Assembly (NCBI GenBank): GCA_963924565.1
Contig: OZ004608.1
Span: 37,820,001 to 37,884,000, forward strand
Length of the DNA stretch: 64,000 bases
Source of the DNA: Ascidiella aspersa
Lineage: Eukaryota
Direction of reading: 5' to 3'
The translations under genes were made by a program, and so were the position numbers. Below the pieces are notes generated by a model. The model was not told the origin of the DNA and did not search any database. It saw only the letters and a list, made by a program, of their open reading frames with translations. Below are positions 38,201-51,619 of this stretch, piece after piece. The stretch's first letter is position 1. The number at the start of each line of letters is the position of its first letter.

Positions 38201-40235
38201 TTAGAAATGTTGAAAGTTTAAGAGAATATGTATAGTGTGTAGGTTTTTGCGTATTTAATACAGGGGTGTTCGATTTAGCTTAACTTAAGTACCAACGAAG
38301 TGGTGTCTTAGTACTGTTCGATAAAGGCAATCGTATAGTTTAGAAAATAAATACACTTATCTGTTTTTATAATTATATTTAGTCATTGATTTTACTTTAA
38401 TTATTTGTTTTATTATGAGAAGTTTAAAAGTGACGATCATTGTTTACCGTTAAGAACAGCCACTCCAGCATTGCGCTGTTTCTCATTTAATGAAGGTTGT
38501 TTCTCCCAACCCTTATTTGGTGATCTTACATCCAGTCTGAACGCTGAGTCAGTTCTATTTTCCTCATTGCTAGAACCACCGATCATATACAAGTAGTTCT
38601 TGTACATTGCAAAACCGGCTTGTCGTCGTGGTTCGTTTAGTATCTACAAGGCAATAAAACATATACAGCAGAAGTCCAAAAAAAGCATTTTTAAAACTTA
38701 CAGTTATTTCTTTTTCAAATTTTGCATTTACGTCCAACATTTTTAGGATGGTTGAATTTTCATTCATGATCAGAATGCTCCATTTTGTAACTATTTAAAA
38801 AAGCTTCGTTTAATCTATTGTATAAAATTTTTCTGGATATTATTGATTCATAATATCAAAAAAGTAATTGAATGATAATAATAATATTCAACAAAATAAT
38901 TTACCGTCAATCTATGAGCGATGTTAAGGTAATCTAAGCTACTTACGAGGTCCATGTAAATGCTTCAAGTGTTTTGCTATTCGCAGTAGACATTCCTGAA
39001 ATGACTGAACCAAACTCTTAAAAATGTTAAAGGTAAATTAATTAGAGCGATTTTGAAATATTAAAGTGTTTAATGATTTATTGACACAAACTTGTGTTAA
39101 GTTACCTCGCCAGCCAAGTCAAAGCAAAAAAATGAAATGCTTAGTAAGTTTAAATTAATCAATTCAAAAAGTTGTGGAAATAAATGTTTTCTTTCTTCCA
39201 AATCGTGTTTGACCCAAGCCACTGTGAATTGAAAAGCTCTCTCTTCACCTTTTGCCTAAAAATTAAATAAAGTAAGTGAAAATTTGGCATGTCAATATTT
39301 CTAAAAATTAACTTTAAAAAACAATTACATCCTTCGATTTATATGCTAGAAATTCCTCAAATTTTGTTCTATCCATTGCATTAATGGCCTCAACATCAGT
39401 CAACTTGGCAAAGTTATCGGTGATAAATCGTTGGGCTGTTTTTTCCAATGAATCTATGCATAATCGTTTTCCAGTTTTCCAATATTGCATGACGTTGTTG
39501 CAATCCAATGTTTCCAGAAGAAATGTGCAACAAAAATTGAGTAAATCTTTCCAGGAACAAGACAATAATATTGGTAATAATAATTTCATATTATAAATCT
39601 AAGCGCATATATACTTTTTAAATAGACTGCATTTATTACTGATAAAAACAATTAGCCATTTAAATGTAGATGTTACTTGTTAATTAAATTAAATGTAAAT
39701 ATAGTCTAAATACGGACAAGGGAATTTTTTAAATTCATATGTTTATCACGGTTTTATTGACTAACCTTTCAGTAAAAAATAGTTTGCTGCATTCAGTACA
39801 TCATCCACATTTTCACGGTTTATTTTGATTTTTCCAGTGTAGGCGAAATTCAATATTTGTTCAAATGTATCAGAGTTTACCGCAGTAATTTCAATCACTT
39901 CTTGATACTTTTCTTGCATCTAAATTTCAAAATTAAGCAGCTTAAGAACTCTAAAACACCTCAGTATAATATATTTAGGAATTTACCTCAGCGAAGAATA
40001 GCCTGTTAAAGTATTCGGACGAATTTGCAAGAATAAGTTTGTGCACGTAAAAATCCTTTCGATCACATTTTAATCGAATGTCACAGGTTTCGTCGCCATT
40101 TTGCCTTTGTCTGAAAAGAGAGCAAAACTTGAATATTTCTAAAGATTTTTCACTTCGTACTAGTTGCAAAGTTACTTACATGTTAAGCTTTTTCATTAGG
40201 TCGCTAACATGGCCAGAATCAAAGTCCCTTTCCAT
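35273..40235 (-). CDS. Kelch-like (BTB-BACK-Kelch) protein copy F, intact, 12 exons, 536 aa
   Basis: Exons 40235-40180, 40110-39987, 39919-39766, 39546-39329, 39255-39106, 39016-38947, 38790-38702, 38643-38448, 37974-37825, 36926-36783, 36499-36367, 35399-35273. All GT-AG, in phase, no internal stop found. Confidence 0.9.
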
Positions 40236-41777
40236 TTTTAGGCTTTCGTTCTCAAACTTTTTAAATAATATAAAATGCAGATTGTCTAGTTCTAGAATGT
40301 AGATCAGTGGTTCTCAACCTTTTATGATTCGTGGCCATCTTTGATAGGCTCTTAACTCTCGTGCCCCACCCCCTCAGCTCATAAAAATACCTAGCATTGT
40401 ATTTAATGTGTTTTCACTTGTTTTACTTCTCGTTTTACAATGAAATGCTTGTTTTGCAACTTAACGCTCTTCAAGGAAATATCTGTAGCTGGCATTACAA
40501 GTTAGTTGCTCGCCCAACTGCATTTGACGAACACCTAATGATTAGGCGAAGGTTATCGGCCAGTAATCAGTCGCCAGAAAAGACGCTAACGCCGCATATA
40601 TGGCTGCATTTAAGGCTGCAGCAGTGATGGTTTCGCCACAGTGATATTCTGCGTTAATCCAAATTTTCTGCGATAAAACGAATAAATTATATCGTTTTCA
40701 AAACCCGATATAAACGGAAGAACTTTTTGAATTACAAACGGCAGAGATTTCGTGACGTCATGTTGTCTTTGTGACATAAATATCAACAATTTGTCCAGGT
40801 GTTGTAACTTTACCAGCGAAATTTTAGGCTATACGGTACTCTCTTGGGTTCGCATAGGAATGTTTTTCCATGCTGTTCATCAACGTATAGTTGACGGGGT
40901 AAAAATGAAGGCGCTAATAGTTTAACGTAGGAAGTAATCCCAATCAACATTTCAACAATTCACTAATGGCGTCTTGCCGCTGTGTAGTTTACTGGATAAA
41001 ATTATTATTTAAAGCAAAGTTCTATCTAAAGTCAACGTAGAGGCGCACTTCTGCAGTAACTAATGCGTATCAGAGTTAACTTGGATTTCAGCTTCTATTT
41101 TCTACGCTTTCCTGTAACAATTCACTTTTGAACCAACGTCTAGTACTATTATTAAACCAGCACTGTAGAGAATCAAACATAAAAGCATTTTTCTGTGAGT
41201 TTCGGGGGGTTGTTAATATACAGATGATAACTTTGCTAACTTAAAAGTCTAAACACCTGTATACTTGCCCAGTAATTGTTTTTCTTTAAACTCCTTGCCT
41301 TGCAAATCAACCCTAAAAAAAATAAAACGTTGTTATACAAAGGCCATAGATTCACTGGGTTGAAATGAAACTGAAGTTTTGCCAGACGTTCTCACTGAAC
41401 CGTGAAACGTGAGTGGACTAGTAATTACTCAAGCGAGACGCGGCAGCGCGCTTAAAAACAGCTGATCGAGGCGGTTTGTTCAAAACAGTGTTGCTCGATC
41501 TATTTTTGCAAATACCAAGCGTAAGTTTACCAGCAAAGCTTTTGCGGCCTACTTCTCTTCAGTTAATGTATCGCGAACAGAAAGTAAGCAAGAATAAGCA
41601 CAAAGAAGACAATAGTAAAATAAGTTCAAATGTGAGTTAAAAGTGGTATATATTAATATTGCATTCGCAGTTCAGTAAAATTTAAAGAAATTTTGCTCGT
41701 CACTAATTTCGTTTATATTACTATCCTTCAGCAACATTGAGTTAAAAACGAACCCATTTGGCTTTAGTGGTCACAAA

Positions 41778-43831
41778 CAGTGTTCCCTCTAAGAAAATTT
41801 TCTACTGCGCAAATATTTTTTGTAGTGCACAAGAATGTTTAAAGGCTGCGTTGGCAGGGCCCGCTGATCAATGTTTTTTGTATTGTGGCGAGGCGTGAAA
41901 ATTTTAAAGATGACGTACAAAGCGTGACGTCACACATATTTATAATTAATACACTTACATGTGCAACTGTAATCGAGTTATATATGTTCGAACATATGGC
42001 AACTAAGCGATCACGTGAAAAAAATATCCAAATATTTGGGTTAAATTGACAAAATGTTTAACTTTGATAAAATGAGATGCGTGATTCCTTTAGCGCACAA
42101 TCAAGAGTTACGAACTATTCGCTCATTTGCATTTAATAAAATGATTTTGTCAATTTGTGAAGGCGCCATTATTGACCCCACAGCTGTATCTGCACAGAAA
42201 TCGTGTAAAAACTCCAATTGTGTTAAAAATTTTCGTCCTTAATAATGCATTTCGGTTTCGTGATCCCGAATTATTGTTAAACACTCCACTGCTGCATGTG
42301 TTCGACACTGTTCTAAACTCATTTTTTTCTTTAAGCTTGATTTTTCTGAATAGACATTGAATCAAGGCTGCCACTCGTAGGGATATTACCCTACGGTAGG
42401 GTATTTTCGCCTAAAGTAGGGAGTAGGGAATACCTACGGGATAAATTGTACTTTGTAGGGAAAAGTAGGGTATTTTGGTAAAAATAAAATTATGGGGATC
42501 AGACACTTGCAATGGAGTTATTTACCAAGTAGGCCTACTATTAAATTATACAACTTGTTATTTGTAGTAAATTTAAGATTTTCCCATTTTTTAGGACGAC
42601 TTATTTAAAATTGCATCATACAGGTTAATGATATTATGCGTTTTTACCCTTTTTAAATAGCAACGGTGACGTCCGTCTGAAATCCTACCACAAGGAATAT
42701 TATTTGGGTTAAGGTGCGGGTTAGCGTTTGGGTTCGGTTAGGTTAAGCAATATTATTAAATATTAAAATTTAACACATCCTCACCCAAACAATAAGCGCC
42801 ATAACAGCCCTTTGAGAATATAATCCAGCACAACTGGAACCCCGTTTCAAATTGGGCGAACTTGGCGTGCCGAGATTGTTTTTGGGCTTCATGTTTTTTT
42901 TGTATAAATTTACTCCTATCTAAATGTTGTAGCAAATATCCGTCATTCCGCATCATTTTTACTGTTTTTGTCTATTTCCTATTTGTTGAAACAGGCTATT
43001 TGCCCGGCTCGCCTGTTTACCGAACTTCGCACTACTGTGACTGGATCTGCAAAGTTGCCTCACGATTTATTGCTAAAGTCGTTTACAGTAGTGCCAATTT
43101 TTTGAGGTTCGTTTACGACGTACTGTTAACGGCTTTAGCAATGAAACTTATGTAATTTCGCAGATCCAGTTACAGTACGGTAGTGCGAATTTTGAATTTC
43201 GATAAACGGATGGGAAAACTTCGGCACTGGTCTGAATCTTACCACAACGAGATAATATTGTGCAGAACAAGGCACTAGCCGTTTACCGAACTTTAATTTC
43301 GAACTTTGGGGACCGGCTTATTTTTCTAAAATTAGAAAATTAAAAAAAATAACTTCAAATTTGAAGTACGGCAACAGGTTGCCAGGCAAATTGCCTCTTC
43401 CTAATTTGTTTTTTAGCCTACTTACGTCAATAGAGTCGTTATAGAGCCCCTAGAATCCTAGATCAACCCGCCATAGCGTAGGGAAAATGTGGGGTAAAAG
43501 GGAAAAATGAAAATTAAGAGTGGCAGCCCTGCATTGAATTCTACGCGAGATAACAAAAAACATACACAGCATGGATGATAAAAACCGATCAGACAAAGTA
43601 ATTTATTACGTCACAACCGTCAATGCGGATATGATTAGTTTACTTGCTTTTAGCTACAAACATCAACGAAAAAACGGCCAATGCGAAATGCTCACACTGT
43701 TGTGGCAAAAAAGTGAAGATAATTTAGTTTTAATTTGAGAACGATGTAGGTGCGCAAAAGCAAATTTCACTGCGCAAATTGTCTGATTTTGCTGCGCAAT
43801 TGCGCAGTTGCGCACCTTAGAGGGAACACTG
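41778..43831. mobile_element. Non-autonomous hAT element carrying nested insertions
   Basis: Perfect 16-bp TIR CAGTGTTCCCTCTAAG; perfect 8-bp TSD GTCACAAA; TGCGCA subterminal repeats. Confidence 0.9.
42363..43531. mobile_element. Second hAT-like element nested in the previous one
   Basis: TIR CAAGGCTGCCACTC / GAGTGGCAGCCCTG; perfect 8-bp TSD CATTGAAT; GTAGGG subterminal repeats. Confidence 0.88.
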
Positions 43832-44975
43832 GTCACAAATATTGGTCACAATAAAACGATTTACATAAATAATAAGTTCTGGTACGAACTGTTCAAGTTA
43901 TAACTTCGCATACAAAAGTCAATGCAGAAGTCTGTCACAAATTCAACATTTAAATGGAATATAGTTTTTACATGAGGCACTTTGTACATGGGTAAAACAC
44001 AACTATTGTTTTATATTGACATGTTTTTTTAAACCTTTTTTAAAGTATATCTATAGGATTCAGGAAAGATCGCCTACATTTGATTGTGACGTAATGCTAT
44101 GTCACAAGGAAATAACGCTTCAAATGTCAAGTTCAACCAATACCAATCTACTTATGATTATGCTAGTTTTATTAACTGGGTAATTTAAAAATGCAAATTC
44201 ACACATTTTTTTTTATATCCAGTTGTTCACCATTTATTTAACGTGTTTGTTAAAAGTTTGTAATCTCGCGAAAAACTACAAACGGTCAAATTTGAGTAAC
44301 TTGTGTATTTGTCATGTAGCCTACACCGTGTAATTTTAATTTACATTCTGATTTTGTTTAGAACACACGACAAAAGATTGACATTATATCAAAATATTAA
44401 ACACTTGTACTGTGTAACTCAAAATAATAGTGGAGGCTCATAACTATGCTAAAACTACAGAGGAGCCTGATCGAAACTGAAAGATAAATAACCAAGCTAG
44501 CTGAAGTGCACTGCAGGATTCATGAAGGTGCTACACAACATTTTCGATCAGACCATACACATATATTCCCACTGACGTCGTTTCTATACAATATAGATAG
44601 CAAACACTTATAACTGATACTAGCAGACATATGTGCAAGTCAAAAAACCCTTTTGCAATTTGCATTCTTGCTTTGACATGTCGTACGAAACCTGTACAGT
44701 GGGAGTCCCAAACGTTGGGAGCAAAGCATTTAAGTCACAATGTTGTTTTAGGAAACACGCAATGTAGTTCAGTTTTTAACAAACAAGTTTTAAAAATACA
44801 CTGGTGTAGGCCTAACCACTCGAGCGCAGCGAACAACAATATTATTATTTTACGGAGTTAATTCGGGTGACAAACAGACACAGGTGGAGGAAAATATCGT
44901 TAAACCAACTAGCTTTTTCATTACGAGCGGTACAGCCCATACCGTGGGATTTGAAATCTATAGAAGCTCCTAAAG

Positions 44976-45227
44976 CAGGGGTTCCCTAACCTTTTTTACA
45001 CTGTGGTCCCTTTTTAAAATTTTTGTGAAATGCACAGGGTCCTATAGTTTAACCTTTTGAAACTTAATTGTTGGTTTGGTGGTGGAAAGAGCCATGTCAT
45101 CAGAAGTAACATTGTTGCAAACAAAAGTCAAAATATGTTTATGTGAAAGGCAACTGCAATGGCATGTCAATTTCATTAAGGTTAAGTGTAGTGGAATAGT
45201 GGAATAGACAAAGTTTGGAAACCCCTG
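44976..45227. mobile_element. hAT-like MITE
   Basis: CAGGGGTTCCCTAAC / GTTTGGAAACCCCTG; imperfect TSD TCCTAAAG/CCCTAAAC. Confidence 0.65.
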
Positions 45228-48200
45228 CCCTAAACCATAGCTGCTGCCTACCCATCGACAAAATAACACTAGAATGCTGTTCTGCTGTTCTAAGCATGCA
45301 ATAAAACCATATTCTTCCGCTGATTATTATTTACGGCCATTCAGCACAACATGAAACTTAAAGAGGCAGTTTTTTTATTTAAATCGCCATCGCAAAGAAT
45401 GAAGATAAAAGAACATGAAAATATTACAAGAGTAACGCCTATTTTGAACACCTGTAAGCTGCAACATTAAAAACAATGTATTATCAGCTATGACAGGTGC
45501 GTAGTATACTGTGTGTATTGGACAGAGGCGACATGATCAAATATTCTTATGAAACTAATTTAAACGAAACAAAACGAAAGAACGAGAACAAATATTGTAA
45601 ACATTAAAAAAAACGGTAAATACAAGCAGTTTGAGAGAGGAGAAATACAAAAAGTTATGTAATTAACTTGTGTCATACAGTTAAAGGGGATCTCTGAACA
45701 GGACGTCTAAATGTTACAACACACACGATGGTTATTTCCTATTGTTTTAATCCTGCCAGCAACAGTCCTAAAAACCGAATATATACTCGGCGCATGGCAA
45801 AAAGAAAAATCACACAGTAAACCTACAATTATGTAAAATAAAGTGTTTGACGGAACAGCAAAGCAAAAATATGGCGAAATATTCAATAAACAATATGATC
45901 ATTATAAATAAAATGCGGCGTTTGAAAAGGCGAAGCTCGTAAGTTTTAGTTTAACAAGTTTTCCCACAACGGAAATCAATGTTGGAGTCGACATTTTTTA
46001 AGCTTTAAAGATACTACATATAGCACAGGGAGGTGTTGATAGTTATATAAGACTCTGCTGTGTTTGTATAGGACACGGTTCTCCGGCAACAATTAAGTTA
46101 TGGTTGCAACATTTCCTATTGTTCCATGCAAAGAAAATCAACTATGTGATGCAGTTTCATTTTAGTTAAAATAAACCAGCTGTTGCTCTTAAGGCTATGG
46201 GTCAATGTATTTGATTTCCAGAATGAGTTTTGTCGTACTGCAAAAGTTCGAAAAGTTATTAACACTAAATTGATGTGGGATAATTTAGGATTGCAGTGTT
46301 TCTAGGAGAAACAAAACAGATATAAAAAGATTAAAATATCCACCCCATAAACTTTAATTAATAGGATTTTAACGTTTAACTGGAGATCTATTAATCTCAG
46401 TTCTTAAATACCTTCACAACAATCCAAGTAGTAAAATAAAATGCAACAAGGCAACAAAAAGGCGCTATTTTAAGCAGAAATCTAAGAAATGCTCTTTATC
46501 GACGGCATACGAAGGTAATGGTCAAGCAAGCTTTAAATATTTAAATTTTAACTTTGATGTTGGTGTTGATGGTTCAGTGTTGGTGCTAAATTCTTGAATG
46601 ATTTGCAACCCTAAATTACCTATTTTAATAAACGACATTGGAGTAACCCTGTTGGTAATACTCGAAATAACCGAGCTGTCCAATAGCAGAATACTGGATA
46701 AAGCTGCTGTGGTTGTATAAGTTTTTGCAAACGCGACGCAATCCCCAAAACAACGTAATCGTGTTTATGTGCAAAGTTAGATCTGTCGTGCCAACTGATT
46801 TATTCACTTTAGGGCTTTAACACACAATGACATTAAAATGAAACAAAGTATTTTATAACGCGACTATTCATTTTTAATGTTTTTTCAATATTTTCGGCAT
46901 GTCATAATGCGGTTGAAACAAGATGCCTAAATTGCCTTTCAAGCGTTTTTTTGAAAAGCAAAAAAGCCAAAATACCTCGCTTTACAAACCTATAAATTTG
47001 ATATGGATTTCTTCTAAAGCACAGCTTAGCTATACTAGAAATAATATTGAAATGCTTCGGTCTAGATAAACTTAATAATTATATTTGTAAAGTGTGCTTA
47101 ATCTAGCCTTTTAATTTACAATCCGTGCATGTGTCAGCCATCATGATGCATGACGTTGCTCTGTGAACGCTAAGAAAACAAGATAATTACTGACAAGAAC
47201 AGAATTACATCCAATTACGGCAGAAATGATGGTTGACAAAGCAGTCTGGAAATGCATTCCACTGGCGATGGAGTTCATTACCAAATCACAATTTTACACC
47301 AACTTAAAAGTCTATAAAAACGGGACTAATAAAACAACCTGAATATGACAACCCGGATAGATTTACTAACTAGGATCTAAGAGCATATTATGGTTAATAA
47401 AAATCAGGTGGATATGTAACATAAAAAAAATTATAAAACCAAAACAAGAAAGAACACTAAACACGGATTTGTTCATAATCAGGAAACATTCGCGTTTATC
47501 TCATCTTATTTTACCGCACTGAAGATGGCATAAACACTTGCCGAAACATATGCAAATAAAAGAATGAATCTTTTACCATCTATTTAAGTGGCGTATTGTA
47601 TTGTTTACTACTGTTTTGATCCCTAAGAAAATTGCCTCTTTGTTGCAGCAACTAACAAGCTTTTTTGAAGCCTAACAGTAATTCATATTTGCAGATCGCC
47701 GAGATTTTGCCTCAAGACACCATCCATGCAGGTTGCGTCGCCGGTAGCAAGATGCGAAACATTAGGAGTTTGGCAATTACGGCAATACAAAAACCGCAGT
47801 TTCGGTTTTTGAAAGAAATAACAAAAATAAATAGAGGATATTCTAGTTGGAAACTTGAGGTTAGGTTTTGTTGAAAAGAGAAGAGAACTTCAGTGCGCTC
47901 TCTTAACGTTGCACTACCCGCCATCTCACAGGAGGAAAAGCAGCAAAGGCCCTTTCAAAGAAAATTGAAACTATCCATGTTAGAAAAGCTTTACATTCGC
48001 CTCGAGCGGAAATGTGTCTCCTTCGTGTCCGTCATTTGAGACGTAACTTGTAACTGCACAACTGATATAAACACCGCGGCCCCTTTTTATTTTAAGGCTA
48101 GTCCATAATTCTAAACTGCTAGCCGAATCCTGTGGGAAGATATTTTCTTTAAAAATATGGACCAAAAATAAAGACAGAGTTAAAAACCTTAATAAAATAG

Positions 48201-48789
48201 AAGCTAATAATTCCGGAGCAGTAGGAAATTTACTAATCCAGAAACGAAAGCAAAAACGATTATTAACAGTTGAAAAACAATTCTAATTTTGCAATTTTCT
48301 TTAAATTATCGTCGAAGACACACATGAAGTAACAATTAAACATTTTTCCCCGATTGGCTAAACCGAAAAACCTATATTTCATGAAAATATTAAAGTGTCA
48401 AAATGTATTTAGGTTTTTTGCCACAAGATTAGCTAAGCGCCACTCAAGTTTTTTTTATCGAAGTAGCTCGGACATTATACTTTTCGTTGAAAATCAATAA
48501 ATCTTTATTGATTTTAAAAATATGAAAAAAAAATAAACATTTCTAAAAATAGTTACGAACGAAGAAATCGTGGAAAATTGGAAACGCATTGAAGATGATA
48601 TGGGACTGATGTAGAAGGAAGCGGCCATTGCTAAGGTAGGTAATCATTTCAGGAAAAGAAAAGGACATCTCCTTGTAATCAAAGGCTGCCCACAAAGACT
48701 TAGCTACTTTACTCATAGGAAGAAGGGCAGTTTCACCAAACGACCAAGTAAAAAAAGAAAAGCAGACGCAGTTCGCCGGCCAAGCTGCG

Positions 48790-49030
48790 ACGATCTAGAA
48801 AGATCCTGCGTACCGTCTAAGTACCAATTCATCCAGACTCTACTGGTAAAACTTCAATTACTACTCCTATTGGCGCTTTTTAATACCGTAGCATGAATTT
48901 TGGTTTATGTAACGCTTCTCAAACATTCCAAAGATTCATTAATAAGGTAATACGCGAATATGAAGGTTTTTGTTTTGCATATGTCGATGATCTACTCGTT
49001 CGAGAAAGAATACAAACGCCATATTAACTT
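48790..49030 (+). mobile_element. Ty3/Gypsy reverse transcriptase remnant
   Basis: Translates HPDSTGKTSITTPIGAF*..FGLCNASQTFQRFINKVIREYEGFCFAYVDDLLV (YxDD at 48980-48991); stops and deletions around it. A short direct repeat GAGATTTTGCCTCAAGACA at ~47701 and ~49679 may be LTR remnants. Confidence 0.85.
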
Positions 49031-50869
49031 GATATTTCAGTTTAACCTCCACACCAAGGTTAAAATGATCATTTTAGGGAATTACTTAACTATGGACAAG
49101 GTGTGCTAAGTTTGTTCGAGTTTCAGAGATTGGCACCTTAATTTCATTGATTTAGGTATTTTAGAACGATAGATTCCACGAATTCGACCGACGGGGCTTT
49201 GCCTACCTACATCAAAAATTCGTTTTTCACGGTTCTATTTCTGCATTGTCGGCTACAATGTGCATTCGCATGTTGTTGATCGGCGGTGTAAGAACTTTTT
49301 ACACAGATCGTTCAGCAACAACGAACCAGCTCGATAACAGAGGGATTCTCCAACGCTAAGAGCAGTTAAGCTTCAGTTCTTTGTGCGAAGCGAGCTTCTT
49401 CTACGTGGTCAACTACGCAGCACTACAAAGAGCAACTTACAACAAAGCGCCAATCAACAAGGAGGACATTATCATCCAATGAACAAGGTTTGACATCCTA
49501 GAAGAAGACCAAGATGGAATTTCTCTTTATTGGCCAATCCTCAACATTTAAAAAAAACCCAAAATATCTTCACTCATGCGACCCCAGTTATTTGAAACGC
49601 CCTCATTGGTACAGCAACCAACAAGCTTTCGCAGCTTAGCATAATGTATATTGTATATATTTGTAGATTATTATCGCAGAGATTTTGCCTCAAGACATAA
49701 AAGCTGTTACAAATATTCCGTTACTATATTCAACTAAAAATCAACATTAGACGGTCAACCTAAACATGCAAAAACTATTTCACATGACATTACTGCTAAA
49801 AACAGCAACTACACAGATGCTAACAAAAGTTGATAAATATAATTTAGTCTATATTGTTTTACCATCTGTACGAAGGTTTTTCAATTTCAGTCCTAAAACG
49901 GAATTAGTACAAGGAATATTCAAAATAAAGGTGCTCTGTAAGAAGCCGGTTGTATTCAATCGTGCAAAGCCAGATGTCATTCTCTAAAAACGTTTTACAA
50001 GGCGGAAAAGAGAAGGTGAAGAACAACGAACGAAAAAAAATGTTCTCGTGCTTAAACCCGCTTAGGGCTATTAATTAATTTACTGTGGAACACCACCTGT
50101 TTCACAACAAGTCTCTAAATACACGAAATCAAAAAAAACCTGGGAACCTAGCTATATAGCTATACGCCAATAAACAATAAACGTCTGCATTAAGTACTAA
50201 CAAATTATATTAGGTGTCTAAACATATCTCGCCAGACTGTGACTACAAGTCAAAAGTACAAATTAGTTTTAGTTTTGCAAATATCTTCAAATCTCTTCGC
50301 AAACGACCGGGATAAAAACTCCTCTGTATAAGATAAAATATCACAAAATTAATGATGAGAGTGCTCGTGCAATAGCTGCGATCCACAATATTGAGGATCC
50401 GAAACCTAGCTTAAGTGCAAACTCTATATTAAATTTAAAAAGATAATTACAACAGCGATGGGACCACTGGTTTCAGTAACTGTGGGGAACTTGGTAATGG
50501 AGGACATCGAATGCGCTCTGAATCATTCAACAGATACACCTAAAGAAGCTAAGTTGAAAGAAGCAGGACGTGCACCAATTATGTTCGTATAGAAAAGTAA
50601 TTTAATTAGAAATCGCTCTCAGCGTTTACCCAAACATTTGTATGCAACTGCCATTGGACTTTTCTTCGAACCCTAGCAGGCCACGACCGGAATAGTATTT
50701 CCTGAGTGAGGAGGTTTTTCATGTGGATGCCGCACGCCATGTGGATTGTTGGAAGGTAAACTTGCGGCAAGGACTGGACTGTAAACTTACCGGGACTTTT
50801 ACACAAGCAATGAAACTTGATGGAATATCTCTAATGCCTTGCCAAGGAATTGAAAACCCTTTCAGTGAT

Positions 50870-51300
50870 GATAAGGGTAAGCATTTAAAGGTGATCCATG
50901 ACAACACACAATCACTTGGTAAAACACTGGAGGCATTTAGAATGTAATCTGTTTGGCAGAAACAGGGATGCCGAAAAGCAACAACTTTTTATTAGGCTAT
51001 CGACGGCATTCAGTATCAAGGCCGACCAGAGGCGGCGGAGTAACTATGTACGTGAAAGATTTTTTTACAGTTATGGATCCAGATATGGAAGTGGTTTGTA
51101 TTAGGGTTAAATCTTACATCGTTTGTACTATTAGTTTTGGGCGACATAAATTAAAATCGTCTGTCTGAATCAGATTCACGTCGATTTATATAAATTATTT
51201 ATTGATTTATGGATTCAAGCAACACATAAATTGACCAACACCAACAATTGCAGCTTGCTTGAACCACATTTACACCTACAAAATTGTAGGGTTACACAGT
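50870..51300 (+). mobile_element. Degenerate APE/EEP endonuclease fragment (Helentron-type favoured; LINE not excluded)
   Basis: Frameshifted motifs LKVIHDNTQSL, NVICLAETG, RPTRGGGVTMYVK, GFKQHIN..HIY. Confidence 0.65.
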
Positions 51301-51619
51301 GGTGTGGTATCCTGTTTCTTCTTTCTACATTTACCATAATCAAGTACGTGAGGAAAACTGTACGCAGAAAGGTATCAACGCTTTTTGAATAACTGTAATG
51401 TGATATTTCATCAAATAGAATACCATATGCTAAATAATTAATTAAACGCAGTACCCAACATACATTGAATCTGCTAAAACAACCTCTTATTAAAGAACTT
51501 CCTGCTCAAACAAGGGTTTGAAGTGGAATGCAACATTCACCAATACTTACAATCGGCGAACGCATGCGGATACATTGCAGCTAGGGCAGCAATGTTTTTG
51601 CACGAATGTACAATTAAAA

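Larger units (their letters stand above)
1..38762. repeat. ~22 kb tandem segmental duplication (<1-16262 vs ~16265-38762)
   Basis: A/D, B/E and C/F pair up together with their intergenic DNA at offsets of ~21.2-22.5 kb. ~4450-10700 vs ~26000-32400 is nearly identical (offset exactly 21700 over exons 1-9); the flanks are visibly more diverged, with indels. Confidence 0.85.

Noticed and set aside
44000-47450. Host gene in the 44-47 kb interval
   Set aside because: Only short ORFs with no recognisable motifs or consistent exon chain.
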